A stretch of DNA of 64,000 nucleotides from Alphaproteobacteria bacterium (GCA_963422645.2 CAXXVO010000005.1:192001-256000), one strand, 5' to 3'. Counted from the first letter of the stretch, positions 37,093 to 48,813 are shown. The notes: generated from the letters alone by a model not told the origin. Translations and numbers: made by a program.

Positions 37093-39675
37093 CTAGGGCG
37101 CGCCGTCGGCGGGCGTGCCCGCTTGCCGGCGCGACGCGCGCTTCGCCTTGGGCCGCCCTCGCCCCGATGTCTTCTTCTTGGTGCCGCCCTTGGCCGCCTT
37201 GGCGGCGAGCAGCTTGACGGCGTCATCCAGGGTGAGCTCGTCGGCGGACGCGCCCTTGGGCAGCGACGCACGCACGCGGCGATGCTGGACATAGGGCCCG
37301 TAGCGGCCGCTGCGGAGACTCACCGGCTCGCCGCCATCCGGGTGGGCGCCGAGCTCCCGCAGCACCTGCGCCCCACCCTTCTTCTCGGCGATCAGCACCA
37401 CCGCCCGGTTCAGGCCCACCTCCAGCACGCTCTCGCCGCGTGGCAGCGAGCGATAGGCGCCGTCGTGCTTGACGTAGGCGCCGAAGCGGCCGATGCCGGC
37501 GGTGACCGGCTTGCCGGACTCGGGGTGGATGCCGATCTCGCGCGGGAGCGCGAGCAGGCCGAGCGCCGTCCGCAGATCGACCAGGTCCGGCGCCAGGTCC
37601 TGGGGCAGGGAGACGCGCTTGGGCTTCTCCTTTGATGTCTCCTCGACAGCCTGCTCGATGTAGAGGCCGTAGGGGCCGCGCTTGAGCATGATCGGCAGAC
37701 CGGTCTCCGGGTCGTTGCCGAGCGTGCGCGGCTCCGACGCATTGTCCCCGTTCTCGGCGAGCGGGCGCGTGTACTTGCAGTCGGGATAGTTGGCGCAGCC
37801 GACGAAGGGGCCGTAGCGCCCGAGCTTGAGCCCGAGCCGCCCGTCCTCGCAGGAGGGGCAGCGGCGGTCCTCGCTGCCATCCTCGGCCGGGAACAGGTGC
37901 AGCCCGAGCGTCGCGTCGAGGGCATCGAGCACATGCTTGACCCGGAGCCCCTTGGTCTCCTCCACCGCGCCGGCGAAGTCCCGCCAGAAGTCGCTGAGCA
38001 CCTGCCGCCAGTCGATCTCGCCGGCGGAGATGGTATCGAGCTGGCCTTCGAGCGAAGCCGTGAAGTCGTACTCGACGTAGCGGCTGAAGAAGCTTTCGAG
38101 GAACACCGTGACGATGCGCCCGCGATCCTCCGGCACGAAGCGGCGCTTCTCCAGGCGCACGTAGTCGCGGTCCTGCAGCACCGAGATGATCGACGCGTAG
38201 GTGGAGGGACGGCCGATGCCGAGCTCCTCCAGCCGCCTGACCAGGCTCGCTTCGGAGAAGCGCGGCGGCGGTTCGGTCACGTGCTTGTTCGGGGTGACGC
38301 CGGCGACCGCCATCGCCTCGCCCACGCTAACCGCCGGCAGCCGGCGCTCGTCGTCGGCATCGCCGTTGTCGCGCTGGGCGTCGTCCCGGCCCTCCTGATA
38401 GACGCGGAGGAAGCCGTCGAAGGCGACGGTCGACCCGGTGGCGCGCAGACCGATGCGGCCATCGTCCGAGGCGATGTCCACGCTCACCCGGTCGATCTCG
38501 GCGCTCGCCATCTGGCTGGCGAGCGCGCGCTTCCAGATCAGCTCGTAGAGCCGCGCCTGATCCTTCTTCAGTGCCGACGAGAGCGACTGCGGCGTGCGGG
38601 CGAGATCGGTGGGGCGGATCGCCTCGTGCGCCTCCTGCGCGTTCTTCGCCTTGGTGCGGTAGCGGCGGGGCTTCTCCGGCACGTAAGCCTTGCCGTAGCG
38701 CTGGCCGATCACGTCCCGCGCCTGGCGCATCGCCTGCTCCGCGATCTGGACGCCGTCGGTCCGCATGTAGGTGATGAGGCCCACCTGCTCGCCACCCACC
38801 GCAATGCCTTCGTAGAGCTGCTGGGCCACCTGCATGGTGCGCCGCGCGGCGAAACCCAGCTTGCGCGAGGCCTCCTGCTGCAGGGTCGACGTGGTGAAGG
38901 GAGGCGCCGGATTGCGCTTGACCCGCTTGGGCTCGACGGCGCCAATGCTGTAGCGGCCGGAGCGGACGAGTTCGGCTGCCTGCTCGGCCGCTTCCTGGTC
39001 TCCGAGCGCGTACTTGCCGAGCTTCTCGCCATCGAGGGCGGCGAGGCGGGCGATGATGCGCTCGCCCCGAGGCGTGTCCAGGTCAACCTCGATCGACCAG
39101 TATTCGCGCGGCTTGAAGGCCTCGATCTCGAGCTCGCGTGCGCAGATCAGGCGGAGCGCGACCGATTGCACGCGGCCGGCCGAGCGCGAGCCCGGGAGCT
39201 TGCGCCAGAGCACCGGCGAGAGCGTGAAGCCCACCAGATAATCGAGCGCGCGGCGCGCCCTGTAGGCATCGATCAGGTCGTCGTCGAGGTCGCGAGGGGC
39301 GGCCATGGCGTCGAGCACGGCGGACTTGGTGACCTCGGTGAAGACCACGCGCTTGACGGCGACGCCGTCCAACAGCCCGCGCCGGCCGAGCTCGTCCCGC
39401 ACATGCCAGGAGATCGCCTCGCCCTCGCGGTCGGGGTCAGTGGCGAGATAGAGATGGTCCGCGCCCTTGAGCGCCTTGCGGATGGTACCGATGTGCTTCT
39501 CGGCACCGTCGGCGACGGTCCAGTCCATGGCGAAGGCATCGTTCGGCCGCACCGAGCCGTCCTTGGGCAGGAGATCGCGCACGTGGCCGTAGGAGGCCAC
39601 GACCGTGTAGTCCGGGCCCAGATATCGACCGATGGTGGACGCCTTGGTAGGCGATTCGACGACGACGACGTTCAT
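37093..39675 (-). CDS. topA: DNA topoisomerase I
   Basis: VVESPTKA, ATDPDREGE, SAGRVQS, ITYMRTD. Confidence 0.97.
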   Translation of the reverse strand: MNVVVVESPTKASTIGRYLGPDYTVVASYGHVRDLLPKDGSVRPNDAFAMDWTVADGAEKHIGTIRKALKGADHLYLATDPDREGEAISWHVRDELGRRGLLDGVAVKRVVFTEVTKSAVLDAMAAPRDLDDDLIDAYRARRALDYLVGFTLSPVLWRKLPGSRSAGRVQSVALRLICARELEIEAFKPREYWSIEVDLDTPRGERIIARLAALDGEKLGKYALGDQEAAEQAAELVRSGRYSIGAVEPKRVKRNPAPPFTTSTLQQEASRKLGFAARRTMQVAQQLYEGIAVGGEQVGLITYMRTDGVQIAEQAMRQARDVIGQRYGKAYVPEKPRRYRTKAKNAQEAHEAIRPTDLARTPQSLSSALKKDQARLYELIWKRALASQMASAEIDRVSVDIASDDGRIGLRATGSTVAFDGFLRVYQEGRDDAQRDNGDADDERRLPAVSVGEAMAVAGVTPNKHVTEPPPRFSEASLVRRLEELGIGRPSTYASIISVLQDRDYVRLEKRRFVPEDRGRIVTVFLESFFSRYVEYDFTASLEGQLDTISAGEIDWRQVLSDFWRDFAGAVEETKGLRVKHVLDALDATLGLHLFPAEDGSEDRRCPSCEDGRLGLKLGRYGPFVGCANYPDCKYTRPLAENGDNASEPRTLGNDPETGLPIMLKRGPYGLYIEQAVEETSKEKPKRVSLPQDLAPDLVDLRTALGLLALPREIGIHPESGKPVTAGIGRFGAYVKHDGAYRSLPRGESVLEVGLNRAVVLIAEKKGGAQVLRELGAHPDGGEPVSLRSGRYGPYVQHRRVRASLPKGASADELTLDDAVKLLAAKAAKGGTKKKTSGRGRPKAKRASRRQAGTPADGAP

Positions 39676-39710
39676 CCTGAAACGCTTGCTGGTAGCGCCA
39701 TCGGGCGGTG

Positions 39711-40859
39711 CTACGCCGCCGGCTGGGAGAGTGAAACACGGTTGCCGGGCTGGCGTTCCAAGTGCCCCGCCAGCTCAAGCTCAAGCAAAATGGTCGCCAC
39801 CGTCGCGGGAGTCAACCGGCTCTGCCTGACCAGCATGTCCACCGGCACCGGGCTCGAACCGAGCAAAGCGATGACGGACTCGCGTGCATTGGCGGGCGCG
39901 TCGTCGTCCTTTGGCGTGCCGAGAGCGGCGGCATCCGGCCAAAATTGCCGGGGTTCGTTGAGCACCTGGCGGCCGCCTTCGGCCAGCGCTTCGAGCACGT
40001 GGTCGGCGTTCTCCACCAGCGTGGCGCCTTGGCGAATCAGGCGGTTTGGGCCGCTGGCGCGCGGGTCGAGGGGCGAGCCGGGCACCGCCATCACCTCGCG
40101 TCCCTGCTCCAGCGCGAGGCGCGCCGTGATCAGCGAGCCCGAGCGCGCCGCGCCCTCGACGATCACGACGCCGCGGGCGAGCCCCGATATGATTCGATTG
40201 CGGCGCGGGAAGTGGCGCCCCATGGGCACCGTGCCGAGCGGCGCCTCCGCGGCGACCGTGCCCTCCTCCAGCAGACGCTCGAAGAGCGACCGGTTCTCCT
40301 TGGGATAAAGAACGTCGATTCCGCCGCCCATGATCGCGACCGTGCCGGTAGGCAGCGCGCCGGCGTGGGCGCGGGCGTCGATGCCGCGGGCCATGCCGGA
40401 GACCACGGTGAGACCTGCGGCGCCCAAGTCCGCCGCCAGCCGCTCGGCGAAGTGGAGCCCGTTCGCTGACGCGTTCCGCGCGCCCACCACGGCGACGGAG
40501 TCGCCCGCGAGCAGGTCCGCGCGCCCGCGCAGGGCGATCACCGGCGGCGGGTCGTCGATGGCGGCGAGCGCCTGCGGATATGCAGGCTCGCCCAGTGCGA
40601 TCAGGCGTCCGCCAAGCGCGGTGAGGTCCTTGAGCTCACGCTCGGCTATTGCGCGCGAGCAGACCTTGATGGGGCGCCGCCTGCCGCCGCGCCGCGCGAG
40701 CGCGGGCAGCGCGTCGAGCACGGCGGCGGGCGTGCCGAAGCGGTCCAGCAGCGCGAAGAAGGTGATCGGCCCGACGTTCTCGCTGCGGGCGAGGCGCAGC
40801 CAGTCGAGCCGTTCGGCCTCGCTAAGCGTGCGCGTCTCGCTGGAGTCAGAAACGTTCAT
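39711..40859 (-). CDS. dprA: DNA-processing protein DprA
   Basis: VVSGMARGID, FPRRNRIISG, SGSLITA. Confidence 0.95.
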   Translation of the reverse strand: MNVSDSSETRTLSEAERLDWLRLARSENVGPITFFALLDRFGTPAAVLDALPALARRGGRRRPIKVCSRAIAERELKDLTALGGRLIALGEPAYPQALAAIDDPPPVIALRGRADLLAGDSVAVVGARNASANGLHFAERLAADLGAAGLTVVSGMARGIDARAHAGALPTGTVAIMGGGIDVLYPKENRSLFERLLEEGTVAAEAPLGTVPMGRHFPRRNRIISGLARGVVIVEGAARSGSLITARLALEQGREVMAVPGSPLDPRASGPNRLIRQGATLVENADHVLEALAEGGRQVLNEPRQFWPDAAALGTPKDDDAPANARESVIALLGSSPVPVDMLVRQSRLTPATVATILLELELAGHLERQPGNRVSLSQPAA

Positions 40860-41505
40860 TGGTCGCCGGAGGGTTGGCTTCGGGGGCGGCCGGGTTACTC
40901 CAGCCGATGCGGGGCTCGCGGCCCCGCGCGAGGCGCACGATGTTCGCCCCATGGCGGAGCGTCACGATGACCGCGAGGAAGCCCGCGAGCCACGCGATCT
41001 GCGGCATGTCGAAGAGGATCGCGAACCCCGGCGCGGCGCAGATCGCGATCAAGGCGGCGAGGGAGGAATAGCGGAAGAGCCCGGCGACGGCGAGCCAGAG
41101 CCCGCAGGCGATGAGCCCGACAGGCCACGCGATCGCGAGCAGGACGCCCAAGGTCGTGGCCACGCCCTTGCCACCCTTGAAGAGCAGCCAGACCGGCGCG
41201 ATGTGGCCCACGACCACGCAGCCTGCGGCGATCACCGCCATGTCGGGGCCGAAGCGCTGGGCGATGACCACGGCGACGGCGCCCTTGCCGCCGTCGAGCA
41301 GCAGGGTGAGCGCGGCGGCCGCCTTGTTGCCGGTGCGTAGCACGTTGGTGGCGCCGATGTTGCCGGAGCCGATGCGCCGCAGGTCGCCGAGCTTGAAGAG
41401 GCGCGCCACGATCAGCCCCATGGGCAGCGCGCCGATCAGATAGGCGATGACCCCGCCGAGATAGAAGGGCCAGATAAAGGCGAAGTTGCCGAGCGGATCG
41501 GGCAC
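40846..41505 (-). CDS. plsY: Glycerol-3-phosphate acyltransferase
   Basis: GSGNIGATN, FKGGKGVAT, RHGANI. Confidence 0.95.
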   Translation of the reverse strand: MPDPLGNFAFIWPFYLGGVIAYLIGALPMGLIVARLFKLGDLRRIGSGNIGATNVLRTGNKAAAALTLLLDGGKGAVAVVIAQRFGPDMAVIAAGCVVVGHIAPVWLLFKGGKGVATTLGVLLAIAWPVGLIACGLWLAVAGLFRYSSLAALIAICAAPGFAILFDMPQIAWLAGFLAVIVTLRHGANIVRLARGREPRIGWSNPAAPEANPPATNERF

Positions 41506-41520
41506 CGCGACTGGCTCTGC

Positions 41521-42552
41521 TCAAGGCCGCATGATCATGCGGCCGAAGAAGTTGCGGCTCTCCATCAGCGCGTGGGCCGCCGGCGCGTCACTCAGGGGGA
41601 AGACCTGGTGGATCACCGGCGCGAGATGGCCCTCCGCCATCAGCCCGAGCACGCGCTCGACATGGGCTTTGGTCGAGCGCCCGCAGCCGTGCACTGCGAT
41701 GTGCTTGCGGAAGAACTCGACGAAGTCGATCTCCACCCGCTCGCCGCCGTGAGCGCCGATGGTGGCGAGCCGGGCACCGGGCGCGAGCGCGTCGATGGCG
41801 CCCACCAGAATTGCGCCGCCGGTCATCTCCAGCGCCGCATCGACGCCGCGGCCATCGGTGAGCCGCCGCGCCGCGCCGCCGATGTCCTCACGCGCGTAGT
41901 CGATCGCCGCATCGGCGCCGAGGGTGAGGGCCTTCTCCAGCTTCTCCCCGGAGCCTGCGGCGGCGATCACCCGCGCGCCCGCGAGCTTGGCGACCTGGAC
42001 CGCGGCGGAGCCCACGCCGCCGCATGCCGCGGTGATCAGCACCGTCTCGCCTGCACGAAGGCCGATCTCCTCGATCAGCGCCTCCCAGGCGGTGGCGAAG
42101 GGAATCTGGCCGGCCACCGCATCCTCGTAAGAGAGCGAGTCGGGGATACGGACGACGTGGTCGTGGCGCACCTTTACGTACTCGGCATAACCGCCCCAAT
42201 GGGTGACGCCGAGCACGCCCGCGTTCATGCAGAGGTTCTCCTGGCCGTCGCGGCAGTCGACGCAGGTGCCGCAGCTCAGCATGAAGTGCGGCGCGACCCG
42301 GTCGCCTTCGCTGAACCCGGTCACGCCGGCGCCGACATCGGCGACAGCGCCAGCCGCGTCGACGCCCATGACGTGCGGCATCGGGCTCTCCACGCCGAAG
42401 AGCCCCTTGCGCAGGTCGGTGTCGCAATGGTTCACGCCCGAGGCATGGACCTTGATCAGGAGCTCGCCGGGGCCCGCCGCCGGGGTCTGAACATCCTCGT
42501 AGACAATCGTGTCGAAGGCCTCGCCGTAGCCGTGGATCACCGCCGCCTTCAT
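41521..42552 (-). CDS. Zinc-binding alcohol dehydrogenase-family protein
   Basis: [15 protein letters not shown] structural Zn site; AACGGVG. Confidence 0.88.
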   Translation of the reverse strand: MKAAVIHGYGEAFDTIVYEDVQTPAAGPGELLIKVHASGVNHCDTDLRKGLFGVESPMPHVMGVDAAGAVADVGAGVTGFSEGDRVAPHFMLSCGTCVDCRDGQENLCMNAGVLGVTHWGGYAEYVKVRHDHVVRIPDSLSYEDAVAGQIPFATAWEALIEEIGLRAGETVLITAACGGVGSAAVQVAKLAGARVIAAAGSGEKLEKALTLGADAAIDYAREDIGGAARRLTDGRGVDAALEMTGGAILVGAIDALAPGARLATIGAHGGERVEIDFVEFFRKHIAVHGCGRSTKAHVERVLGLMAEGHLAPVIHQVFPLSDAPAAHALMESRNFFGRMIMRP

Positions 42553-43499
42553 GCTCTCCCTCCTGCGACCCGCACCCGTGCCCGCCCGTCCGCCGAAGCC
42601 GCCACCAGGGCTGCGGCCCGATGGAGGCTCGTGTGCCGGCGCGCCAGGCGGTCGAGATCGTCGGCGTAACCGCCGCCCACCACGCAGGCGGTGGGCACGC
42701 CGGCCTCGCGGCAGGTCTCGATCACATAGCGATCGCGCCTGGCAAGCCCCCCGTCGCCGAGGGCGAGCCGGCCGAGCTTGTCCTCCACATGAGGATCGAC
42801 GCCGGCATTGTAGAACACGATATCCGGCCGATGACCCGCGAGCAGCGCCGGGAGGTGGGTCGCCAGCACGGAGGAATAGACGTCATCGCCGGTGCCGGGG
42901 GGCACGCCGATATCGAGATCGCCGGTCTCCTTCGAGGGCGGATAGTTAGCCTCGCAATGGAGCGAGAAGGTGAAGACCTCCGGCTCGTCCTGGAAGATCG
43001 CCGCCGTGCCGTCGCCCTGATGGACGTCGAGATCGACCACCAGAGCCCGCTCGATCAGCCCCTCGCTGCGCAGCACGCGGATTGCGACGGCGACGTCGTT
43101 GAAGAGGCAGAAGCCCGCGCCGTGGTCGGCGAAGGCATGGTGACTGCCACCCGCCGTGTTGCAGGCGAGCCCGTGCTCCAGCGCGAGGCGGCCGGTGAGC
43201 ACGGTCCCGCCCACGGCGGCGCAGCCGCGGCGCACCAGCGCGTCGGAAAGCGGCAGCCCGAGGCGGCGGATGGCGCGGCGGTCGAGGGCGAGGGTCAGCA
43301 CCGCGTCGACGTAGGCCTCTTCGTGAGCGAGCGTCAGCCACTCCCGCGGCGCGGGCGTGGGCCGGGCGAGGCTCGCCGGCGTAATCACGCCGTCCTCCAG
43401 CAACACGTCCTTGATCCGGCCGAACTTCCCGATGGGGAAGCGATGCCCGGGCGGCAGCGGGACCGTGTAGTCCGGGTGAAAGACGACCGGGAGGGTCAC
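42549..43499 (-). CDS. Histone deacetylase-family protein
   Basis: [27 protein letters not shown]; GTG start at 43499. Confidence 0.92.
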   Translation of the reverse strand: MTLPVVFHPDYTVPLPPGHRFPIGKFGRIKDVLLEDGVITPASLARPTPAPREWLTLAHEEAYVDAVLTLALDRRAIRRLGLPLSDALVRRGCAAVGGTVLTGRLALEHGLACNTAGGSHHAFADHGAGFCLFNDVAVAIRVLRSEGLIERALVVDLDVHQGDGTAAIFQDEPEVFTFSLHCEANYPPSKETGDLDIGVPPGTGDDVYSSVLATHLPALLAGHRPDIVFYNAGVDPHVEDKLGRLALGDGGLARRDRYVIETCREAGVPTACVVGGGYADDLDRLARRHTSLHRAAALVAASADGRARVRVAGGRA

Positions 43500-43516
43500 A
43501 GGCGCGAGACGCGCGG

Positions 43517-43864
43517 CTAAAGGATCGACAGCACGCTCTCGGCCGGCCGGCCGAGGGCCGCGCGGGCGCCGTTCACGACGATGGGCCGCTCGATGACGAT
43601 GGGATTGGCCACCATGAGGTCGATCAGCTGGCGGCGCGAGAGTTTCTCGTCGGCCATGCCGGCCTCGCGGTAAGCGGCCTCCTTGGTGCGCATCAGCGTG
43701 CGCGGCTCGATCCCGAGCTTGGCGAGCACTGCGTCCATCTCGTTGGCCGAGGGCGGAGTCTTCAAATACTCCACGATCTCCGGCTCGATGCCCCGGTCCT
43801 GCAACAACTGCAATGTTTGACGGGACTTGGAGCAGCGCGGGTTGTGGTAAATAGTCACCGCCAT
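43517..43864 (-). CDS. arsC: Arsenate reductase (glutaredoxin type)
   Basis: [21 protein letters not shown]. Confidence 0.9.
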   Translation of the reverse strand: MAVTIYHNPRCSKSRQTLQLLQDRGIEPEIVEYLKTPPSANEMDAVLAKLGIEPRTLMRTKEAAYREAGMADEKLSRRQLIDLMVANPIVIERPIVVNGARAALGRPAESVLSIL

Positions 43865-46307
43865 GTCGTCTCTCCCGGTGCATCGCGCGGCGGCGGCACT
43901 CTGGCACGCGCTCACGCGGGGTGTCCAGCGGCCTGCGATTCGTGCCCCGCAAGCGTGCTTCGCGGGGGCTGCGGCGCTGCTGCTGGTGACCCTGTGGCTT
44001 GCCGCGAGCGCGCCGGCGCTCGCCCAGGAAGGCACGCCCGCCGCCGACGCGGCCGACGCCCAGGCCCTCGAAGGCCTGGTCGAGACCCTCGAATCGCCGG
44101 AGCAGCGCGAGCGCTTCATCGCCGACCTGAAGACTGCGCTCGAGGCCCAGCAGGCGGCGGAAGCGAGCGAGGATGCGGAGAGCGCGTCCGCCATGCGCGC
44201 GTTCTCCGACGGGATCGCCACCCTCGGCGGGCATATCGTCGATCTCGCGGGCGCGATCGCCGACATTCCTGAGGCCATCGATTGGTTGATCGAGCACTGG
44301 GGCGAGCGGGAGCAGCGCGACGCCTGGCTGGTTTCCTTCGGCAAGCTGGTCGCGATCATCGTTGCCGGGGTCGTCATCGGCCTGGTCGTCTTCCGCGCTC
44401 TGCGGAGACCGCGCCGCTGGGTCGAGGGGCTGGAAAAGCCATCCCCGTGGCTCCAGCCCGCGCTGCTGCTCTACAACGCGCTGCTGAGGGCCTTGCCCAA
44501 TCTGATCGCGGCCGGCGCGGGCTACGGCGTGCTCACCGTCATCGAGCCGGCGGACGCGCTGCGCGTGGTCGCGCTCGCGATCATCAGCGCCCACCTGATT
44601 GCGAGCGTGGTCAAAGCCGCGGGCACCCTGGTGCTGGCGCCCTACGCGCCGCAGCTCAGGCTCGTGCCGATTACCAACGTGAACGCGGCCTATTGCTCGA
44701 TCTGGTGGCGGCGGCTCGTGAACATCGGTGCCTACGGCTACGTCTTCTGCTACGCGGCACTGCTGCTCGGCCTGCCCGAAAGCGGCCATGCGGCCTTGAT
44801 CCGGCTGCTCGGCGTCCTGCTGGTCGGGCTCCTCGTCACCTTCATCCTGCAGAACCGCGTATCGTTCGCGCGCTGGCTGCACGAGACCGGGCGGACCAGC
44901 GGCACGCGGGCTCACCTCCGGGTCTTCGCCTTTCTGGGCAAGCTCGCGGACTTCTGGCACATCCCGGCGATCCTTTACGTGGTCGCGGGCGGGCTGCTGG
45001 CTGCGGCGGAAGGGCTGGAGGGCTTCCTCTTCCTGGTCAAGGGGAGTGCTGCCACGATCGTGATCGCCTGGGCCACGGGCTTCGGCTTTGCCGGGGTCCG
45101 GCGCGGCTTCGAGCGGGGCTTCCGCATCCGTGCCGAGCTGCACGAGCGCTACCCGGGGCTGCAGGTGCGGGTCAGCCGCTACCTGCCGGTGGCGCGCCGG
45201 GCGGCGCAGACGGTGATCCTGCTGCTGGGGCTCTGCCTCGTCCTCGAAGCGTGGAGCGCCGACATCTTCACCTGGCTCGCGAGCGAGACGGGCACCGCCG
45301 TGATTGCCACGCTCGCCTCGATCGTCGCCATCGCCCTGATCGCTACGATCGTGCTCGAGGTGGCGACGAGCCTCATCGACCGCTACCTCACCCAGGTCGA
45401 CGAGCAGGGCGAGCTGGTGGAGCGGAGCCAGCGCGCGCGCACCCTGCTGCCGCTCGCGCGCAACGCGCTCCGCGTCGTCGTGGGCGTGATCGCGATGCTG
45501 ATGATCCTCTCGGAGATCGGCCTCGACATCGCGCCGGTGCTGGCGGGCGTCGGCGTCGCGGGCCTCGCCATCGGCTTCGGCGCGCAGACGCTGGTGAAGG
45601 ACATCATCACCGGGCTCTTCATCCTGCTGGAGGATAGCGTCGCCGTGGGCGATGTCGTGACTGCTGGCGGCCATACCGGCACCGTGGAGGCGATGACGAT
45701 CCGCACCATCCGCCTGCGCGACCTGCAGGGGCACGTGCATACCGTGCCCTTCAGCGGCGTCGACACGATCTCCAACATGACCAAGGAGTTCTCCTACTAC
45801 CTGATCGACATGGGCGTGGCCTACCGCGAGGATTACGACGAGGTGGTCGACGTCATGCGCGAGGTCGGCGCTGAGCTGCAGCAGGACCCCGAGTTCGGGC
45901 CCAACATGCTGGAGCCGCTGGAAATCATGGGCCTCAACAGCTTCGGCGATTCCGCCGTCATCGTTCGCGCCCGGCTCAAGACCAAGCCGCTCACGCAATG
46001 GTCGACGGGGCGGGAGTACAACCGCAGGCTCAAGGCCGCGTTCGACCAACACGGCATCGAGATTCCCTTCCCTCACACGCAGATCTACTTCGGCGAGGAC
46101 AAGCAGGGCCGCGCGCCAGCCGCCCGGGTTGTCATCGAGGACGCGCGGGCGGGCGACGACGACGCTCCCGCGCCGCTCGAGGCTTCTGCCGACGACGACG
46201 AGAAGCGGGGTCGACGGGTGCGGCAGCGCGAGCGCCCGCCGCGCGAGCGGACCGGTGACGGGCCGGAAGACGCAGGCAGCAGCTCAGGCGACGACGCGCC
46301 GGGTTAG
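43863..46307 (+). CDS. Large MscS-family mechanosensitive channel (YbiO-like)
   Basis: [25 protein letters not shown]; start uncertain. Confidence 0.9.
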   Translation: MSSLPVHRAAAALWHALTRGVQRPAIRAPQACFAGAAALLLVTLWLAASAPALAQEGTPAADAADAQALEGLVETLESPEQRERFIADLKTALEAQQAAEASEDAESASAMRAFSDGIATLGGHIVDLAGAIADIPEAIDWLIEHWGEREQRDAWLVSFGKLVAIIVAGVVIGLVVFRALRRPRRWVEGLEKPSPWLQPALLLYNALLRALPNLIAAGAGYGVLTVIEPADALRVVALAIISAHLIASVVKAAGTLVLAPYAPQLRLVPITNVNAAYCSIWWRRLVNIGAYGYVFCYAALLLGLPESGHAALIRLLGVLLVGLLVTFILQNRVSFARWLHETGRTSGTRAHLRVFAFLGKLADFWHIPAILYVVAGGLLAAAEGLEGFLFLVKGSAATIVIAWATGFGFAGVRRGFERGFRIRAELHERYPGLQVRVSRYLPVARRAAQTVILLLGLCLVLEAWSADIFTWLASETGTAVIATLASIVAIALIATIVLEVATSLIDRYLTQVDEQGELVERSQRARTLLPLARNALRVVVGVIAMLMILSEIGLDIAPVLAGVGVAGLAIGFGAQTLVKDIITGLFILLEDSVAVGDVVTAGGHTGTVEAMTIRTIRLRDLQGHVHTVPFSGVDTISNMTKEFSYYLIDMGVAYREDYDEVVDVMREVGAELQQDPEFGPNMLEPLEIMGLNSFGDSAVIVRARLKTKPLTQWSTGREYNRRLKAAFDQHGIEIPFPHTQIYFGEDKQGRAPAARVVIEDARAGDDDAPAPLEASADDDEKRGRRVRQRERPPRERTGDGPEDAGSSSGDDAPG

Positions 46308-46403
46308 GAGTACTTCATTTCCCTCAGGCGCCGGGCGCTCGCTCCGAGCCTGCGGCCCGGTGCCGTTAAGCCTTCATACCGTGCCGTCCGCCGGGAGAAT
46401 GCG

Positions 46404-46432
46404 TTGACACAGGTAGGCCATTGGCCTACATC
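46404..46432 (+). promoter_or_regulatory. TA promoter with operator palindrome
   Basis: TTGACA-N17-TACATC; GTAGGCCA-T-TGGCCTAC at 46413-46429. Confidence 0.75.
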
Positions 46433-46437
46433 ATGTC

Positions 46438-46584
46438 ATGGAATTCGAGTGGGACGATGCCAAGAGCGACGCCTGTTTCGCGCAGCGCGGCTTCGATTTC
46501 GCCTACGTCATCCGCATCATTTCGGCGCGCAAGGCTAAGCGCAAGGAGGTTCGGGACTATGAGCAGAACACGCGTCAGGATTGA
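46438..46584 (+). pseudogene. brnT: BrnT toxin with an in-frame internal deletion (48 aa)
   Basis: MEFEWDDAKSDACFAQRGFDFAYV joined directly to IRIISARKAKRKEVRDY. Confidence 0.8.
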
Positions 46585-46894
46585 CCCGGACGATCTGCGC
46601 AGCCTTCCTCGGGGACGGGTCGATCATGCGGTGCTGGATGCGACGAGCGAGGAGGTTATCGCGCAGCAGGCGCGCGATGACGACGCCGAGGCGATGCAGG
46701 ATATGGCGCGGTTTGCCCGACGGGTGCGCAGGCGCGTGGGGCTAACGCAGGTAGAGTTCGCGCGCCGCATCGGCGTGCCGCACGAGACCATCCGCAACTG
46801 GGAGCAAGGCAAACGCGGGCCCACGGGCGCCGCCAGGGCCCTGCTCAGGATTCTCGACAAGGCGCCCGAGACGGCCCTGCGCGTGCTCGACTGA
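46559..46894 (+). CDS. Xre-HTH antitoxin
   Basis: GLTQVEFARRIGVPHETIRNWEQGKRGP; overlaps the toxin end. Confidence 0.85.
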   Translation: MSRTRVRIDPDDLRSLPRGRVDHAVLDATSEEVIAQQARDDDAEAMQDMARFARRVRRRVGLTQVEFARRIGVPHETIRNWEQGKRGPTGAARALLRILDKAPETALRVLD

Positions 46895-47049
46895 CATCCT
46901 GGCCTGCGGCCCGGCACGATCCTTCAACAATTCAAACGGTGACGTGATCCGCGCCGCGGGCGCGTTGACTCGGCCGCGGCCGGGTCGCATCGTGCGCCGC
47001 GAACTCAGGCGGGCGCGGCGGCAGGGATCGCGCCCTGGAAAGGGACTCC

Positions 47050-48717
47050 ATGAAAGCGTCCGATCTTCTGGTCAAATGCCTCGAAACCGAGGGCGTGACC
47101 CACATCTTCGGGATTCCCGGCGAAGAGAACGCCGACGTGATGATGTCGCTGATGGACAGCGACATCGATTTCGTCCTCTGCCGGCACGAGCAGGCGGCGG
47201 CGTTCATGGCCGACGTCTATGGCCGGCTGACGGGCAAGGCGGGCGTCTGCCTCGGTACTCTCGGCCCCGGCGCCACCAACCTCGTGACCGGCGTCGCCGA
47301 CGCCAACATGGACCGCGCGCCGCTGGTCTGCCTCATCGGCCAGGCCGGCACCCAGCGCCTCCACAAAGAAAGCCACCAGAACATGGATTCGGTCTCCATG
47401 TTCCGCCCGATTACCAAGTGGGCGCAGACGGTGCACCAGGCGGACAACATCCCCGAGATCGTGCGCAAGGCCTTCAAGGTTGCCGAGGCCGAGAAGCCGG
47501 GCGCGGTGCTGATCGAGCTGCCGGAGGACATCGCCGAGCACGACGCGAGGGGCGCGCCGATCGCCCCGATCAAGACGCGGCGCCCCGGCGCCGACTACAA
47601 GGCTGTGGCGCGGGCGGTTGACGCGATCATGGGCGCCAAGAACCCGCTGATCCTCGCTGGCAACGGCGCCATCCGTAAGCGCGCCTCCACCCAGCTCCGG
47701 CGGCTCGCGGACCTCACCGGCATCGGTGTCGTCAACACCTTCATGGGCAAGGGGGCCGTGCCAAGGAGCGACGAGCACTGCCTCTTCACCGTGGGCTTGC
47801 AGGGCAAGGACCACATCATCGCGGCGCTGCGCGAGGCCGACGTGATCGTCTCCGTCGGCTACGACCTGGTGGAATATTCGCCGGCCTTCTGGAACCGCGG
47901 CGTGGAGAAGACCATCGTCCATATCGACTTTTTGCCGGCCGAGGTGGACGGCGACTACGAGGTGGAGGTCGATGTCGCCGGCGACATCGCCGATGCGCTC
48001 TGGCAGATCAACGAGGAGATCGAGCGGCGCAGCGCGGACGGCGGCGCCAGCCTGCCGCTCTTCGATATCGGCGAGCGGCAGGCGCTCCGCACGACCATCC
48101 ACGACGACCTCACCGCCGAGCGGGGCAGCAGCCACTTCCCCATGCGCCCGCAAAAGGTGCTCCACGACGTGCGGAACTTCATGGGGCCGGAGGATGTTCT
48201 GCTCTCCGACGTGGGCGCGCACAAGATGTGGATCTCCCGCTACTACCAGTGCGACGAGGCGAACACCTGCCTGATCTCCAACGGCTTCTGCACCATGGGC
48301 TTCGCCTTTCCCGGCTCGATCGGAGCCAAGATCGCCATGCCGGAACGGCGGATCCTCTCGATCAACGGCGATGCCGGTTTCTTCATGAACGCGCAGGACA
48401 TGGAGACTGCGGTCAGGCGCAAGCTCAACGTCGTCGCCGTGATCTGGATGGACGGCGCCTACGGGCTGATCGAGTGGAAGCAGCGCAACGCCTTCGACGG
48501 CCGGCACTTCGACCTCTCGTTCACCAATCCCGACCTCGCGCTCTGGGCCCAGTCCTACGGTGCCTGGGGGCGCACCATCGAGAAGGCCGATGAGCTTGTG
48601 CCTGCGCTGGAGGAGGCCTTCCAGCAGCCGGGGCCGGCGGTGATCGGCGTGCCCATCGACTACGGCGAGAACATGAAGCTGTCCGCGCGCCTCGGGAAGA
48701 TCGAATACACGATTTGA
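47050..48717 (+). CDS. Acetolactate synthase large subunit-like TPP enzyme
   Basis: GIPGEEN, RHEQ, TLGPGATN, GDAGF. Confidence 0.9.
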   Translation: MKASDLLVKCLETEGVTHIFGIPGEENADVMMSLMDSDIDFVLCRHEQAAAFMADVYGRLTGKAGVCLGTLGPGATNLVTGVADANMDRAPLVCLIGQAGTQRLHKESHQNMDSVSMFRPITKWAQTVHQADNIPEIVRKAFKVAEAEKPGAVLIELPEDIAEHDARGAPIAPIKTRRPGADYKAVARAVDAIMGAKNPLILAGNGAIRKRASTQLRRLADLTGIGVVNTFMGKGAVPRSDEHCLFTVGLQGKDHIIAALREADVIVSVGYDLVEYSPAFWNRGVEKTIVHIDFLPAEVDGDYEVEVDVAGDIADALWQINEEIERRSADGGASLPLFDIGERQALRTTIHDDLTAERGSSHFPMRPQKVLHDVRNFMGPEDVLLSDVGAHKMWISRYYQCDEANTCLISNGFCTMGFAFPGSIGAKIAMPERRILSINGDAGFFMNAQDMETAVRRKLNVVAVIWMDGAYGLIEWKQRNAFDGRHFDLSFTNPDLALWAQSYGAWGRTIEKADELVPALEEAFQQPGPAVIGVPIDYGENMKLSARLGKIEYTI

Positions 48718-48813
48718 TTCCACTGAGGTCTTGGCCCGAAGCGCCCGCTCACGTTGACTTAGAGGCGCCGTGAACGGATAGTGCGCGCTTTCCAAATCTT
48801 GGGAGGCGCTGCC

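Noticed and set aside
42549-46076. 1175-aa minus-strand ORF
   Set aside because: Only the last about 316 aa (HDAC) is real; the rest is the antisense shadow of the MscS gene in GC-rich DNA
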